From Spirosoma fluviale (lineage in GTDB: Bacteria; Bacteroidota; Bacteroidia; Cytophagales; Cyclobacteriaceae), in assembly GCA_945868725.1 (NCBI GenBank), contig CAMBMU010000001.1, forward strand, positions 17,402 through 81,401: a stretch of DNA of 64,000 nucleotides, given 5' to 3'. The notes beneath the pieces are model-generated. The model did no database searches. It was given only the letters and a program-made list of their open reading frames with translations, and was not told the origin of the DNA. This document shows, one piece after another, positions 18,261 through 28,495 of this stretch (positions are counted from its first letter, which is position 1; each line of letters starts with the position of its first letter). The position numbers and the translations under genes are program-made.

Positions 18261-18809
18261 TTATTTTTGAGCTGGTTTCTCTGGAAGTGGGATACCCAAC
18301 TTGGTCAAGACCAATTCAGTAAATTTGTCTTCTTCCTTGGTATAAAGAAGAATAGGTGACTGTCCAGCTGTTTCAGCAAAGATGTGCGTGTAGTTGTTCT
18401 CTGCAGCTACAGCATTGATCGCATTGATTACTTTGGTTTGCACGGGCTCCAAAAGCTCACTTAATTTTCTTTGGTAAGAAGTCTGGGCATCTTGCTCGTA
18501 CTTTTGCAGATCGTCACGAAGCTTAGTTAGCTCTTGTTCTTTTGCTGCTCTTGCAGTTTCAGCCATCGTAGGAGCAGCTTTCTGGTATGCTTCTACCTGC
18601 TTTTGGAAGTCAGCAGCTTTTGTTTGAATGTTGGTTTGCAGCTGTGTTTGGTAATCCTGTACGTCTGCTCCAATTTGTTCCATTTCTGGCATCAAATCCA
18701 TGATCAATTCTACGCTGGTGTACCCGATTTTTACAGTGCTCTGAGCTTGGGCGGTGAATCCTACCAATAGCAAGGCCATTGTTGCTAGGATAACATTTAC
18801 TTTCATCAT
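18261..18809 (-). CDS. OmpH/Skp periplasmic chaperone
   Basis: Signal peptide, KIGYTSVELI, coiled coil and AVAAENNYTHIF; second skp downstream of bamA. Confidence 0.9.
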   Translation of the reverse strand: MMKVNVILATMALLLVGFTAQAQSTVKIGYTSVELIMDLMPEMEQIGADVQDYQTQLQTNIQTKAADFQKQVEAYQKAAPTMAETARAAKEQELTKLRDDLQKYEQDAQTSYQRKLSELLEPVQTKVINAINAVAAENNYTHIFAETAGQSPILLYTKEEDKFTELVLTKLGIPLPEKPAQK

Positions 18810-18821
18810 TTTGGTTTGTAT

Positions 18822-19352
18822 TTATTTGTTGTCTTCAATTCCTAATTCTTCCAGGACAAACTCAGAATAGTCATGTCTTGGATCTGTGTAAATGATTGCA
18901 GAGGGACCTGCTGCCTTGTCAAAGAGGACTGCTAGGTTATTTCTGCGGGACACCCGTTCTATGGCATCGTATATTTTGGATTGTAACGGCTGAAGTAGCT
19001 CTGCTTGCTTTTGGTAATAAATACCATCAATCCCAAATACCCTACTATTAAATTCTTGCGAAGCCTTTTGCTTTGCTTTGATTAACTCTACTCTCTTTTG
19101 GTACATTTCTTCGGTGAGTAGGACTTCTTCAGCTTTTAGCTGAGTGGATAGTTCCTTGATCTCTTGATCCAAATTTTGTGCCTCTTTTTTCCATTCTTCA
19201 CTCAGCTTCTTCAGTTCATCCAGCACCAGTTTGTAATCTGGATGCTTGTTTAGAATGTATTCAGAATCGATGTATCCGAACTTTTGGGCCGTTAATGGTC
19301 CTGAATACAGGATAATGAAAAGTAAAAGTACAATTTTGAATGATTTATTCAT
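18822..19352 (-). CDS. OmpH/Skp periplasmic chaperone (Omp17-like)
   Basis: AQKFGYIDSEYIL, FGIDG and LFDK motifs; directly after bamA. Confidence 0.92.
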   Translation of the reverse strand: MNKSFKIVLLLFIILYSGPLTAQKFGYIDSEYILNKHPDYKLVLDELKKLSEEWKKEAQNLDQEIKELSTQLKAEEVLLTEEMYQKRVELIKAKQKASQEFNSRVFGIDGIYYQKQAELLQPLQSKIYDAIERVSRRNNLAVLFDKAAGPSAIIYTDPRHDYSEFVLEELGIEDNK

Positions 19353-19439
19353 GCGTTCTTTACGTTTTTGGAGGTGCTATAGCGAACAAAATTTAGTTTT
19401 TTCTAACATAAATTAACAAACGCTGTGGCTTCCAAAAGA

Positions 19440-22136
19440 TTATCTGAACTGTTGGCCAATCGTAAAGTGGAATTGTGGACCACTTGGCTTTAAAGTACCA
19501 GGCATCGAATCAAACCCATATCCCCAGTCAACACCAATTAGACCAAATGCAGGCATGAAAATTCGCGCGCCTGCACCTGCCGACTTTTTAAGATCATAAG
19601 GGTTGAAATCCCTATAGTTACCCCAGTTGTTGCCTGCCTCTGCGAAGGTGAGCAAGAAGATAGTGGCAGAAGGATTAGGAGAAACAAGGAATCGAAGTTC
19701 CATCACATATTTATTATACACTACTCCACCATAGGGATCAGGATCGGCTGTTCCTCGTGTACTTCTACCAGGAGTGATCATTTGATTTTCATAACCTCTC
19801 AAGCCAATAATCTCTTGACCGAGTGCAAAATTGTTGAAGTTCATGCCATCTCCACCCATTACAAAACGCTCCAATGGAATGATGCCTACCTTGTTGCCAT
19901 AGGAGCCTAGGAAGCCCATGTGTGCACGTGCACTTGCTACAAACTTGGTCGATCCAAAGAGTGGGGTATAGAAGGAGGCATCAAACATCCACTTGTGGTA
20001 TTCGAGCCATTTGTATTTCTCCAGGTCATCAGACTCCTCATTGAGCGACTTATTCAAAGAGGCATATGGAGGAGTCAAATTCATGGATAGGATGATGTTG
20101 GACCCTTGTCTTGGAAATATCGTATTGTCCACGTTATTTCTTGCTACCGTCGTGTTCAAAACCACACTTTTTGAGTTTCCGGTAGGATAGCTCAACCCAA
20201 AAGAGGTTCCGAATTGATTGAACTCGTAATTCTGGAATTGAAGAGAGTTACTGATGCTGAAGTAATCATCTGGCCAGGTGATTCGTTTGGAAAGGCCTAG
20301 TGTCACCCCTGTAATTTTGAAGAAGCCCAAATCTGACCCGCCAGGAGTTTGACTGAAGTAATTGACCTGACGTTGTACAGAATGATTGAAAGCAAAGCTT
20401 AGTGAGTTTGGCTTTTTGCCACCAAACCAAGGATCGCTCAAGGAGAACGAGTAGTTTTGGAACGCTTGCCCATTGGCCTGTACACGGACAGATAGCTTTT
20501 GTCCGTCACCTACCGGGAGGGGATCCCACTTTTTGAAATCTCCAATACTTTTGATGGAAAAGTTATTGAAAACCAAGCCTACTGTACCCACAAATCCAAA
20601 GAATCCTCCCCAGCCACCAGACAATTCAATCTGATCGTTTGGCCGTTCTTCCAATTCAAAAATGATATCTACAGTAGCATTTTCAAAGTTGGGGCGGAGG
20701 TCTGGGTTGATTTTTTCTGGATCAAAGTAGCCTAAAGTAGAAAGTTCTCGGATGGTACGTACCAATAGGCTTCGGTTAAATTTCTGGCCCGGAAGAATAC
20801 GGATCTCACGCATGACTACGTGGTCAGAAGTTCGGTCATTGCCTTTGATGCCTACACTGTTTACGGTCACTTGTGGGCCTTCGAAGATACGCATTTCGAG
20901 ATCGATGGAGTCTCCGCTCACATTCACTTCTACCGGGTCAATACTAAAAAATAAGTAACCGTTGTCCTGATACAGTGAGCTGACATCATCCCCTTTTTGA
21001 GGGTCGTAGTTGAGTCTTTTGTCTAAAGTTTCTTTATCGTAAACATCCCCCTTTTGGATGCCTAATTTGGCAAGTAGGACCGCATCATCGTGGATATAGT
21101 TACCCGTGAAGGAGATGTTTCGGTAGTAGTATTTGTTGCCCTCCACCAGGGAGATATCAATGTTGATCTTGTCTTCGCTGAATTTATAGATGGAATCCTC
21201 CAGGATTTTTGCATCTCTAAATCCCTTGCTGTTGTAGAAGGCAATGGCCTTGTCTTTGTCTGCTCGGTATTCCTTCGGATTGTATTTGGATCCATTAAAG
21301 AAATTTAGCTTAAAATTTTTGTTGATGTAGGAGTTCACCTCCTCAGAGGTGGCTACCTGACTTGAGAGAAGGGATCGGGTAAGGCTTTCTTTATCTGCAT
21401 CAAGCAGTCGGCTGTAGACATCTTTAAAGATGGATACGCGCGCATGCTCCTTTGTTTTCTTTAACTTTCCTTTCAGCGCACGATCGCTTATTTCATCATT
21501 TCCATAAAAAGCAATCTCATTGATTTTTACCTTGGATTTAGGATCGATGTCAAAGCGTAACTTCACGCTGTTGGGGAGGGTGGTGTCGCGATCTTGAATG
21601 ATCTTTACTTCGGTATTGAGGAATCCTTTGTCGAGGTAATACTTTTCAATATTCCGTTTGGCGGTGTTGAGTACATCATCACGTACGACACGACCACGAA
21701 TGTTTACCTTATCTCTTAATTCACCCTCTTGGGTTTTGTTGATGCCTTCAAATTCCACACGGGAGAAGCGGGGTCTTTCGGTAAGGTCAAGAAGCAGGTA
21801 AATGTCCTCTCCTTCAATCTTCGTAACCAAAATTTTAACATCCCCAATGATGCCTTGACCCCATAGTTTTTTTAATGCGCTAGAAATAGCATCACCAGGA
21901 ACATCGATCCGATCGTCTACTTTCAAACCTGATAAGGAAATGATGGCAACTTCGTCTAGGGTAGAAAGCCCTACCGCCTTAATTTCAGCGATTCTAAATT
22001 TTTGAGGCTTTGCATAGTTCAATTCCAGAATGTTGACTGTCTTGGGGGAGGCATAGCGACTTTGGCCCAAACGGATTTGCGCCATAGAACTTGCCGACCA
22101 AATCAAGCAAAACAGAATGAGTATACTTCTTTTCAT
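19440..22136 (-). CDS. bamA: Outer membrane protein assembly factor BamA
   Basis: POTRA repeats, DQIELSGGWG, IGLRGY loop motif and C-terminal FHFTIGQQF. Confidence 0.96.
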   Translation of the reverse strand: MKRSILILFCLIWSASSMAQIRLGQSRYASPKTVNILELNYAKPQKFRIAEIKAVGLSTLDEVAIISLSGLKVDDRIDVPGDAISSALKKLWGQGIIGDVKILVTKIEGEDIYLLLDLTERPRFSRVEFEGINKTQEGELRDKVNIRGRVVRDDVLNTAKRNIEKYYLDKGFLNTEVKIIQDRDTTLPNSVKLRFDIDPKSKVKINEIAFYGNDEISDRALKGKLKKTKEHARVSIFKDVYSRLLDADKESLTRSLLSSQVATSEEVNSYINKNFKLNFFNGSKYNPKEYRADKDKAIAFYNSKGFRDAKILEDSIYKFSEDKINIDISLVEGNKYYYRNISFTGNYIHDDAVLLAKLGIQKGDVYDKETLDKRLNYDPQKGDDVSSLYQDNGYLFFSIDPVEVNVSGDSIDLEMRIFEGPQVTVNSVGIKGNDRTSDHVVMREIRILPGQKFNRSLLVRTIRELSTLGYFDPEKINPDLRPNFENATVDIIFELEERPNDQIELSGGWGGFFGFVGTVGLVFNNFSIKSIGDFKKWDPLPVGDGQKLSVRVQANGQAFQNYSFSLSDPWFGGKKPNSLSFAFNHSVQRQVNYFSQTPGGSDLGFFKITGVTLGLSKRITWPDDYFSISNSLQFQNYEFNQFGTSFGLSYPTGNSKSVVLNTTVARNNVDNTIFPRQGSNIILSMNLTPPYASLNKSLNEESDDLEKYKWLEYHKWMFDASFYTPLFGSTKFVASARAHMGFLGSYGNKVGIIPLERFVMGGDGMNFNNFALGQEIIGLRGYENQMITPGRSTRGTADPDPYGGVVYNKYVMELRFLVSPNPSATIFLLTFAEAGNNWGNYRDFNPYDLKKSAGAGARIFMPAFGLIGVDWGYGFDSMPGTLKPSGPQFHFTIGQQFR

Positions 22137-22142
22137 TAATAC

Positions 22143-22880
22143 TTAGGGTTTAACTTGCTCACCGGTTTTTCCAAACCTTCTCTCTCTCTTTTGGTAATCT
22201 TCAATTGCGGTAAACAGGTGCTCTTTTCTAAAATCAGGCCACAACACCTCTGTAAAATACAGTTCGGTATAGGCCAGTTGCCAGAGCAAGAAATTACTAA
22301 TTCTAAACTCTCCACTAGTTCGAATCATCAGTTCTGGATCTGGGATTCCTGCGGTATCTAAATGATCCGCTAGTGTGACTTGGGTAATTTCCTCTGGGCG
22401 TAATTTGCCTTCAGAGACTTTTTGAGCAATGCGTTGGGCAGCCTGAGTAAGTTCCCATTGTCCGCTGTAGCTCAAGGCCAAATGTACTGTGAGCCCCGTA
22501 TTGGTGGATGTTTGGTGCATTACCTCGGTCAACTTTTCGTAGGCAGAGGTAGGTAAGCTTTTTATATCTCCGATTGCATTCAATCGGACGTTGTTTTTCA
22601 TCATTTGAGACAGTTCAGATACAATTGTCTCTACGAGCAGTTGCATCAGTGCCTGAATTTCATCTTGGGGGCGAGACCAATTTTCGGTAGAAAAGGAAAA
22701 TAGGGTAAGGTGTTTGATCCCCAACTCCCCTGCTCCTTCAATGGATTCACGCACAGCCTGGATTGCATTCCTATGACCAAATATACGCATGGCCCCTTTC
22801 TTTTTGGCCCAGCGTCCGTTCCCATCCATAATGATGGCAATGTGTTTTGGTAAGTTGTTTCGGTCTATATTTTCCTTCAT
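22143..22880 (-). CDS. uppS: Isoprenyl transferase (undecaprenyl diphosphate synthase)
   Basis: PKHIAIIMDGNGRWA, FSTENWSRP, RTSGEFRISNFLLWQ and RERRFG motifs. ATG at 22880. Confidence 0.97.
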   Translation of the reverse strand: MKENIDRNNLPKHIAIIMDGNGRWAKKKGAMRIFGHRNAIQAVRESIEGAGELGIKHLTLFSFSTENWSRPQDEIQALMQLLVETIVSELSQMMKNNVRLNAIGDIKSLPTSAYEKLTEVMHQTSTNTGLTVHLALSYSGQWELTQAAQRIAQKVSEGKLRPEEITQVTLADHLDTAGIPDPELMIRTSGEFRISNFLLWQLAYTELYFTEVLWPDFRKEHLFTAIEDYQKRERRFGKTGEQVKP

Positions 22881-22961
22881 TTCAGCGGCTGCAATACCTA
22901 CTTTTTTGGAGGTACAAAAATGGGATTTCTTTTTCAATAAATATCCCCTCTGCCTAATAAA

Positions 22962-23720
22962 TTAATAGGTGAAGCACCTGGCCTTGTTGAGGGTATAGCT
23001 GACCGTAAGACCAAGAAAATAGTACCAATCCTTGCTATTGGGGTTTCCAAAATTCAGGCTTTTAGGAAGCGCTTTGGTGTCAGGTCCGATGGGAGTCTCG
23101 TACCGCGGAACTGCAGGAAGCGTGCTGCCGAGCTGATCCAATGCATCTGAGGTGGTTGGGCGAAAGCCAAGCTCCAATCCTAAGTTGAGTTGGTTTGTTA
23201 GCAGGAACTTAAGTCCTCCTCCAAATGGAATGACCAGGGTACCAGTTCGGTATTCTTGTACAGGTGTACCTGCATTCATCCGCCCTTCTGCATTCACAAA
23301 AGCGTAGCCCATGCCAAAGAAAGCATAGGGTGAAAATCGAAACTCACTCTTGTGGTTGACATAATCTAGGAAGTTGAACTCCATGATTGCAGAGAGTTCG
23401 GTAATCCGACCTCTAAAATGTCCCTGCCGAAGTGAGGCCATTGCATCAATGGGGCGGATGCTATCCGCTGCCATGATCTCTGCTAGGTTGACTCCTACTT
23501 TTAAGCTCCAAACATTGTCAAAATTTCTCTTGCCAAATAACGTTCCTTGAAGGCCAGATTGGCCAGCATCAATTTTTCGAATCATATCACCTGAATAGAC
23601 AGCAGTACCTAAACCACCCCCTATCTCATAGCTTTGTGCAACAACTACTGCTGCTGGGCTACATACTAGGCAAAAACCCAGTACTAAGGATCTTAAAATT
23701 TTAAAATTGATCTTTTTCAA
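22962..23720 (-). CDS. porG: DUF6089 / PorG-like 8-stranded outer membrane beta-barrel
   Basis: YEIGGGLG...YSGD, FSPYAFFG, VIPFGGG and GNPNSKDWYYFLGLTVSY motifs. It occupies the Bacteroidetes nadK-porG-uppS-bamA-skp position. Confidence 0.7.
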   Translation of the reverse strand: MKKINFKILRSLVLGFCLVCSPAAVVVAQSYEIGGGLGTAVYSGDMIRKIDAGQSGLQGTLFGKRNFDNVWSLKVGVNLAEIMAADSIRPIDAMASLRQGHFRGRITELSAIMEFNFLDYVNHKSEFRFSPYAFFGMGYAFVNAEGRMNAGTPVQEYRTGTLVIPFGGGLKFLLTNQLNLGLELGFRPTTSDALDQLGSTLPAVPRYETPIGPDTKALPKSLNFGNPNSKDWYYFLGLTVSYTLNKARCFTY

Positions 23721-23811
23721 GACGATGCAAGTTATGAACTACCTAACGCTAAAAAAACGAGGTCTGGTATTTAGGGGGTTAATAATTGTTAAGCTTGTAA
23801 AGGCATACGAA

Positions 23812-24687
23812 TCAATTTCTTAGGTCCAAACCCCAATACAATTTTTGGCGTAGGGTGTCAAAGAAATGATAGCTTGGTAATTTCACCAATTTAGCGGAGA
23901 ATGCTTCCTTTTTTACGCTTAATTTCACCTCGGAGGCAATTGAAGTGGACCTAGAGTCCAAAGAAATCATAAACTTATCCGTTCGGCCTTCAATCTCAAA
24001 ACTAATCTCCGCCTCGTCGGATACGATGATGGGGCGAACATTCAGATTGTGTGGACTAACGGGTGTAATCACGAAATTTTTAGCACCTGGAGTGATTAAT
24101 GGACCACCACAACTTAAAGAATAGCCAGTGGATCCTGTCGGGGTAGCGACAATTAAGCCATCCGCCCAGTAGGAGTTGAGGTACTTGCCGTCGATATAGG
24201 TGTGAACCGTGATCATCGATGACGTATCCTTTTTATGGATGGTAAACTCGTTTAGGGCAAAATTGACCCCATGGAATAGTTTTTTGGAGCTAGTCAAGGA
24301 TAGCAAAATTCGAGACTCAATTTGGTAATTGCCCTTGGCCAATTCTTCAATTGCTTCTCCGATTTTATCGGTGGCCACATTTGCCAAAAATCCTAGTCTA
24401 CCGGTATTGAGTCCAAGGATTGGTATTTCTTTTTTTCCAACCATACAAACCGAATCCAGCAGCGTGCCATCACCTCCAATGGAAAGAAAAAAATCTAGCC
24501 CGTCGAAGTCTTCGGGACGCTGGAGGATTTGATAGGCAGGAGTTAAGGGGCTTAGAAGTCGCAGCTGTTGATCCAAAATTGGGGTTAAGCAGATCGAAAT
24601 CCCTAGGGATTGTAGCTTTTCAAAAAGGCCTCCAAGAATGGGTAGAAATTCTGTCTTTAAGGATAAACCATGGATTGCAACCCTCAT
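23812..24687 (-). CDS. nadK: NAD kinase
   Basis: GGDGT, NTGRLGFL, ALNE and ADGLIVATPTGSTGYSLSCGGP motifs. Confidence 0.96.
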   Translation of the reverse strand: MRVAIHGLSLKTEFLPILGGLFEKLQSLGISICLTPILDQQLRLLSPLTPAYQILQRPEDFDGLDFFLSIGGDGTLLDSVCMVGKKEIPILGLNTGRLGFLANVATDKIGEAIEELAKGNYQIESRILLSLTSSKKLFHGVNFALNEFTIHKKDTSSMITVHTYIDGKYLNSYWADGLIVATPTGSTGYSLSCGGPLITPGAKNFVITPVSPHNLNVRPIIVSDEAEISFEIEGRTDKFMISLDSRSTSIASEVKLSVKKEAFSAKLVKLPSYHFFDTLRQKLYWGLDLRN

Positions 24688-24689
24688 TT

Positions 24690-25355
24690 CTAAATGTCTA
24701 AAAACCGCAACAAATTACCAATGCGTTCCTCATCCGCGCTCTGCCCAACTTCCTCCTGAGCGAAGTCCTTGACCTGGTATCCAAATCTGACTAGGGTGGC
24801 CTTTACATGACGGGTATCTACCTTATCTAATTTGAGGGTGACTTCCACTCCTTGCGAATCCAAGGGGTCGTTGTAAAGTTGGCAACTTAAAATTTTGGTA
24901 TTTTCTGATTCGATAAGCCGGGAGATTTCGGAAAGCTGGAAGTCTTTCATCTGCAAGGAGATGACCAACACACTACCTTGGGAATGAATCGACAAATTAT
25001 TGGCATAGGCAGCCAGTGCATCCTGAGTAGGTATGACGCCAAGGTACTGCTGGTCTCGCTCCATCACACCAACCCATTTGGTTTGATGCTCCCCAGCCAC
25101 CCGAAGTACATCGTATAGATGCTGGTCCGCATACACCCAACAGGAGGCACATTCAAGTTCTATCTGAGCAATCTGAATATCTAAATGGTCTTGCTCAAGG
25201 AGAATTTCATCTTCTACAAATCCTAAAAATGCTCCGCCTTCCACTACGGGAAGCGTAGTTAGCTCAAGCTCTTCCATTTTTTTTAGTGCCGATCCTACCG
25301 GATCAGAAATTTTGAGAGATGGAATGAGTGGATGGATAAAATCTGCAGCTTGCAT
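24690..25355 (-). CDS. CBS domain-containing protein
   Basis: Tandem CBS (LPVV..GAFLG; YLGVI) with ACT-like C-terminus (SEISRLIESEN..ILS, RFGY, L.RFLDI). Confidence 0.85.
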   Translation of the reverse strand: MQAADFIHPLIPSLKISDPVGSALKKMEELELTTLPVVEGGAFLGFVEDEILLEQDHLDIQIAQIELECASCWVYADQHLYDVLRVAGEHQTKWVGVMERDQQYLGVIPTQDALAAYANNLSIHSQGSVLVISLQMKDFQLSEISRLIESENTKILSCQLYNDPLDSQGVEVTLKLDKVDTRHVKATLVRFGYQVKDFAQEEVGQSADEERIGNLLRFLDI

Positions 25356-25433
25356 GAATGAAAGTTAGGAAATCAATTCAAAACACAAAACGCTTTTATT
25401 GGGGAACTTGTTCCCTTTCTTTTTTTGGAGGGA

Positions 25434-26633
25434 TTAGGCTAGGAAGTTTTGAAACAAAATACCCAATAAAATGCCTCCTACCACGATAATAGGGGAGGAT
25501 ATTTTGGTGAATTGGAGTAGGGAATAGGTGCCTAGAATAAATAAAATATGGAGAAGATTTGCCTCTAAAGGTTCGAAAAGTAGGTAGGCGGCTGCTAGTA
25601 ACATGCCGCAAGAAACAGCATTGATCCCTTCTAAAGCGGCTCGAACAGGACGGTATAACTTGAGCTGATCCCAAAATCGAATAACAAAGAAAATCAAAAA
25701 GATCCCAGGAAGAAAAATCCCCGCTGTCGCAATCAGTCCTCCCATCACAAACCCCATCACTCCAAATTCCCGCATTGAAAGCGCGCCAATGTAGGAGGAG
25801 ATGGAAAAAGTAGGCCCTGGTATCCCCTGGGACAAGGCATAGCCGGTAAGGAATTCTTCCGAGCTTAAGAAATGCTTTAAATCCACAAATTCAGCGTACA
25901 AATAGGGAATCAATACCTGCCCGCCACCGAAAATCAAGCTCCCGTTTCGGTAAAAATTTTCAAAAAGCAAGATTGGCTGAGATTTAGTAATGGCCCCAGC
26001 AATGGCTGCAACGATCAAAACCCCTCCCCAGAGGTAGAAATTGCTCCATTTGATATGCAAAGATTTGTCCTCTTCGACTTTGGGCTGATTTTTATATTTA
26101 ATTGAAGTGCTGAGCCCCCCCAATAGGAGCATCACAGGAAATAGGTAGGGGGAACTGTAGAAGAAGGAAACAAATGCCGAAAGCAGCATCAACACGATGG
26201 CTTCTGGAGTTTTGATCATTTTGGTTATTGTTTTTTGCGCAGCAAAAATGAGAAATCCAATTGCCATGGGTTGGATAAACTTGGCAAATTGGAGTGCTTT
26301 TGGGCTATTTTCTTGCAAAAAATGGATAAGAATAGCCGCTAAAATCATCGCGATTGTCGCGGGGAGGATCCAGACTAACAGGGTCAAGTAAGCGAGTCGA
26401 GGGCCACCCACCCGAAATCCAATTGCAGAGATTAATTGGGTGGAGGAGGGACCTGGTAGCATGCTGCAGAGCGCATTTAATTCCCAAAGTTCCTCCTCCT
26501 GTATGTAGCCCCTTTTTTTGACCATGCGCTCGAGCATCATGGCTAGCAGCACCTGGGGGCCACCAAAAGAGGTCAGAGATAGGGTCAAGGTATCTTTGAG
26601 AAAGACTACATACCGGACCGCCCGAATAGACAT
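25434..26633 (-). CDS. chrA: Chromate efflux transporter (CHR family)
   Basis: SFGGP, LPGPSSTQ, LIFGGGQVLIP and QGIPGP motifs; duplicated CHR halves. Confidence 0.92.
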   Translation of the reverse strand: MSIRAVRYVVFLKDTLTLSLTSFGGPQVLLAMMLERMVKKRGYIQEEELWELNALCSMLPGPSSTQLISAIGFRVGGPRLAYLTLLVWILPATIAMILAAILIHFLQENSPKALQFAKFIQPMAIGFLIFAAQKTITKMIKTPEAIVLMLLSAFVSFFYSSPYLFPVMLLLGGLSTSIKYKNQPKVEEDKSLHIKWSNFYLWGGVLIVAAIAGAITKSQPILLFENFYRNGSLIFGGGQVLIPYLYAEFVDLKHFLSSEEFLTGYALSQGIPGPTFSISSYIGALSMREFGVMGFVMGGLIATAGIFLPGIFLIFFVIRFWDQLKLYRPVRAALEGINAVSCGMLLAAAYLLFEPLEANLLHILFILGTYSLLQFTKISSPIIVVGGILLGILFQNFLA

Positions 26634-26634
26634 C

Positions 26635-27612
26635 CTATTTCCGTAGCCCTAGTTCACGTAGCCTTTCCTCCAAAAACGCACCTGCGGTGATGTCCGTAAA
26701 TTGCTTGGGTTCAGTTTCAGAAATACAGCCAGACAAACAGCTGAGATCCATCTCTGACCGTGGATGCATAAAGAAAGGGATGGAATACCTGCTTGTATGC
26801 ATTTTCTCTCGAGGAGGATTGACGACACGGTGGATGGTAGATTTCAACTTTTTGTTGGTAAAACGCTCCAGCATATCTCCAACATTCACAACCAACTGGT
26901 CAGGCAAGGCGGTGATAGGAATCCATTTTCCATCCCGACGAAGCACTTGAAGGCCATCAGCACTTGCCCCCATCAGTAGGGTAATCAAGTTGATGTCTCC
27001 ATGTTCTGCAGCTCTTACGGCATCGGCAGGCACCTCCTCAGGGTTTTTTATTGGGAAATAATGAATTTGACGAAGGATGGAATTGCCATGAATCACCTTG
27101 TCTTCAAAATAAGCTTCCTCCAAACCCAAATTTAGTGCAATGGCACGGAGCATTTGACGTCCGGCATTTTCCAAAGTTCGGTATGCTTCCAATGCATCTT
27201 CCTTGAATTGGGGAATTTCTTGCGGCCAACAATTGGCTGGATACTCGGATTTGATGGGATCGGTATCTGGAATAGCAGCCAAGTCCTGTCCTACATGGTA
27301 AAACTCCTTCAAGTCTCCTGTGTTTCTTCCTTTGGCATGCTCTTTTCCCTTGCCTGTATAGCCTCTTTGGTATCCGATTTCTGGTTTTTCATACTGTGAC
27401 TTTACAGCATCTGGCAGCGTAAAAAACGTAGTAATGGAGGAATAAAGTCGATCTTGGAGCTCTTTGCTTAATCCATGGTTTTTGATGGCAACAAATCCTA
27501 TGTTCCGGTAAGCTTCTCCAAGCTTGCGAATAAACTCGGCCTTTTTTTCAGGATTGCCAGCGGTGAAATCGGCTAAATCCAAACTCGGAATTTCATCATA
27601 CAAAATTTCCAT
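26635..27612 (-). CDS. Isopenicillin N synthase-family 2OG-Fe(II) dioxygenase
   Basis: GFVAIKNHG, HGDINLITLL (HxD), VNVGDML, HRVVNPP and RYSIPFF motifs. Confidence 0.92.
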   Translation of the reverse strand: MEILYDEIPSLDLADFTAGNPEKKAEFIRKLGEAYRNIGFVAIKNHGLSKELQDRLYSSITTFFTLPDAVKSQYEKPEIGYQRGYTGKGKEHAKGRNTGDLKEFYHVGQDLAAIPDTDPIKSEYPANCWPQEIPQFKEDALEAYRTLENAGRQMLRAIALNLGLEEAYFEDKVIHGNSILRQIHYFPIKNPEEVPADAVRAAEHGDINLITLLMGASADGLQVLRRDGKWIPITALPDQLVVNVGDMLERFTNKKLKSTIHRVVNPPREKMHTSRYSIPFFMHPRSEMDLSCLSGCISETEPKQFTDITAGAFLEERLRELGLRK

Positions 27613-27688
27613 AGATACGGTAGATTAAGTGGTACTTCCTTTAAATTCTTCAAAAATAAATATCTTTAACCTCAATTAATGCGATTCC

Positions 27689-28459
27689 ATGAATAAAATC
27701 CAGATTTTCCTACTGATCGTGAGTTTATGGGTTATTTCTTGTTCCTCAGGCCCAAAGGAAACTAAAGAATTGCCAGCCGTGGAGGGGGGTACGACCGCTT
27801 TACCCGAAGTTGCCCCGCTGCCAGTCACTTTTATGCCAGTAGACTCCCTATCCTTATTTCCAGATGCGATTCTAGAGCTCAATACCCCCTTGAGTAATCA
27901 GGTATTCAAGCCAGGAAAAGTTCCGTTCGAGTTCAACATCAAAAATTTTTCCCTAAAAACGAAGGGAGTTGCTGCGCCACGACTGCTGATGATCTTGAAT
28001 GGAGGTGATTCAGAAGGGTTTTCAGCCCCCATATTTCAGCGGGAACTAGCCCGAGGCACCTATAGAACAGTTGCTTTTTTGGTAGATCAAAAGGGGCTAT
28101 CCTTAAAAAATTTCGGAAATTACCTAGATCGAGACTTTTTAGTGGGGGATTCTCGCCCCTTTCCTTATTCTGCCGAACCCTACTTGGCCATCAACTTGCC
28201 GAGAAATGAACAAATTGTTCCCTTTGGCCAAGACTTGATTTTGGATTTTTTGGTGCTAGGTGGCGATTTAAAGTTGGATGGCTTAAAAGTCAAAATTTGG
28301 ATCAATGCATACCAAACAGAGACGAATACAATGGTTCCCTTACGCGTTTCGAATCTTCCGGTTGGTGATTATCAAGTAAAAGTACAGCTCCTTCGAACTA
28401 CTAATAAAGAGTTGGAGGGCCCTTTCTCCAACAGTACGAAGATCATCTATGTCCGATAA
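27689..28459 (+). CDS. Hypothetical lipoprotein (two beta-sandwich-like domains)
   Basis: Lipobox VIS-C, linker, then two beta-rich repeats ending LEGPFSN. Confidence 0.75.
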   Translation: MNKIQIFLLIVSLWVISCSSGPKETKELPAVEGGTTALPEVAPLPVTFMPVDSLSLFPDAILELNTPLSNQVFKPGKVPFEFNIKNFSLKTKGVAAPRLLMILNGGDSEGFSAPIFQRELARGTYRTVAFLVDQKGLSLKNFGNYLDRDFLVGDSRPFPYSAEPYLAINLPRNEQIVPFGQDLILDFLVLGGDLKLDGLKVKIWINAYQTETNTMVPLRVSNLPVGDYQVKVQLLRTTNKELEGPFSNSTKIIYVR

Positions 28460-28464
28460 GTCCT

Positions 28465-28472
28465 TATCTTTG
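28465..28472 (+). promoter_or_regulatory. Putative -7 promoter element for serS
   Basis: TATCTTTG 23 nt upstream of the serS ATG. Confidence 0.55.
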
Positions 28473-28495
28473 GGTTATTAAATCTCTAGTACACC

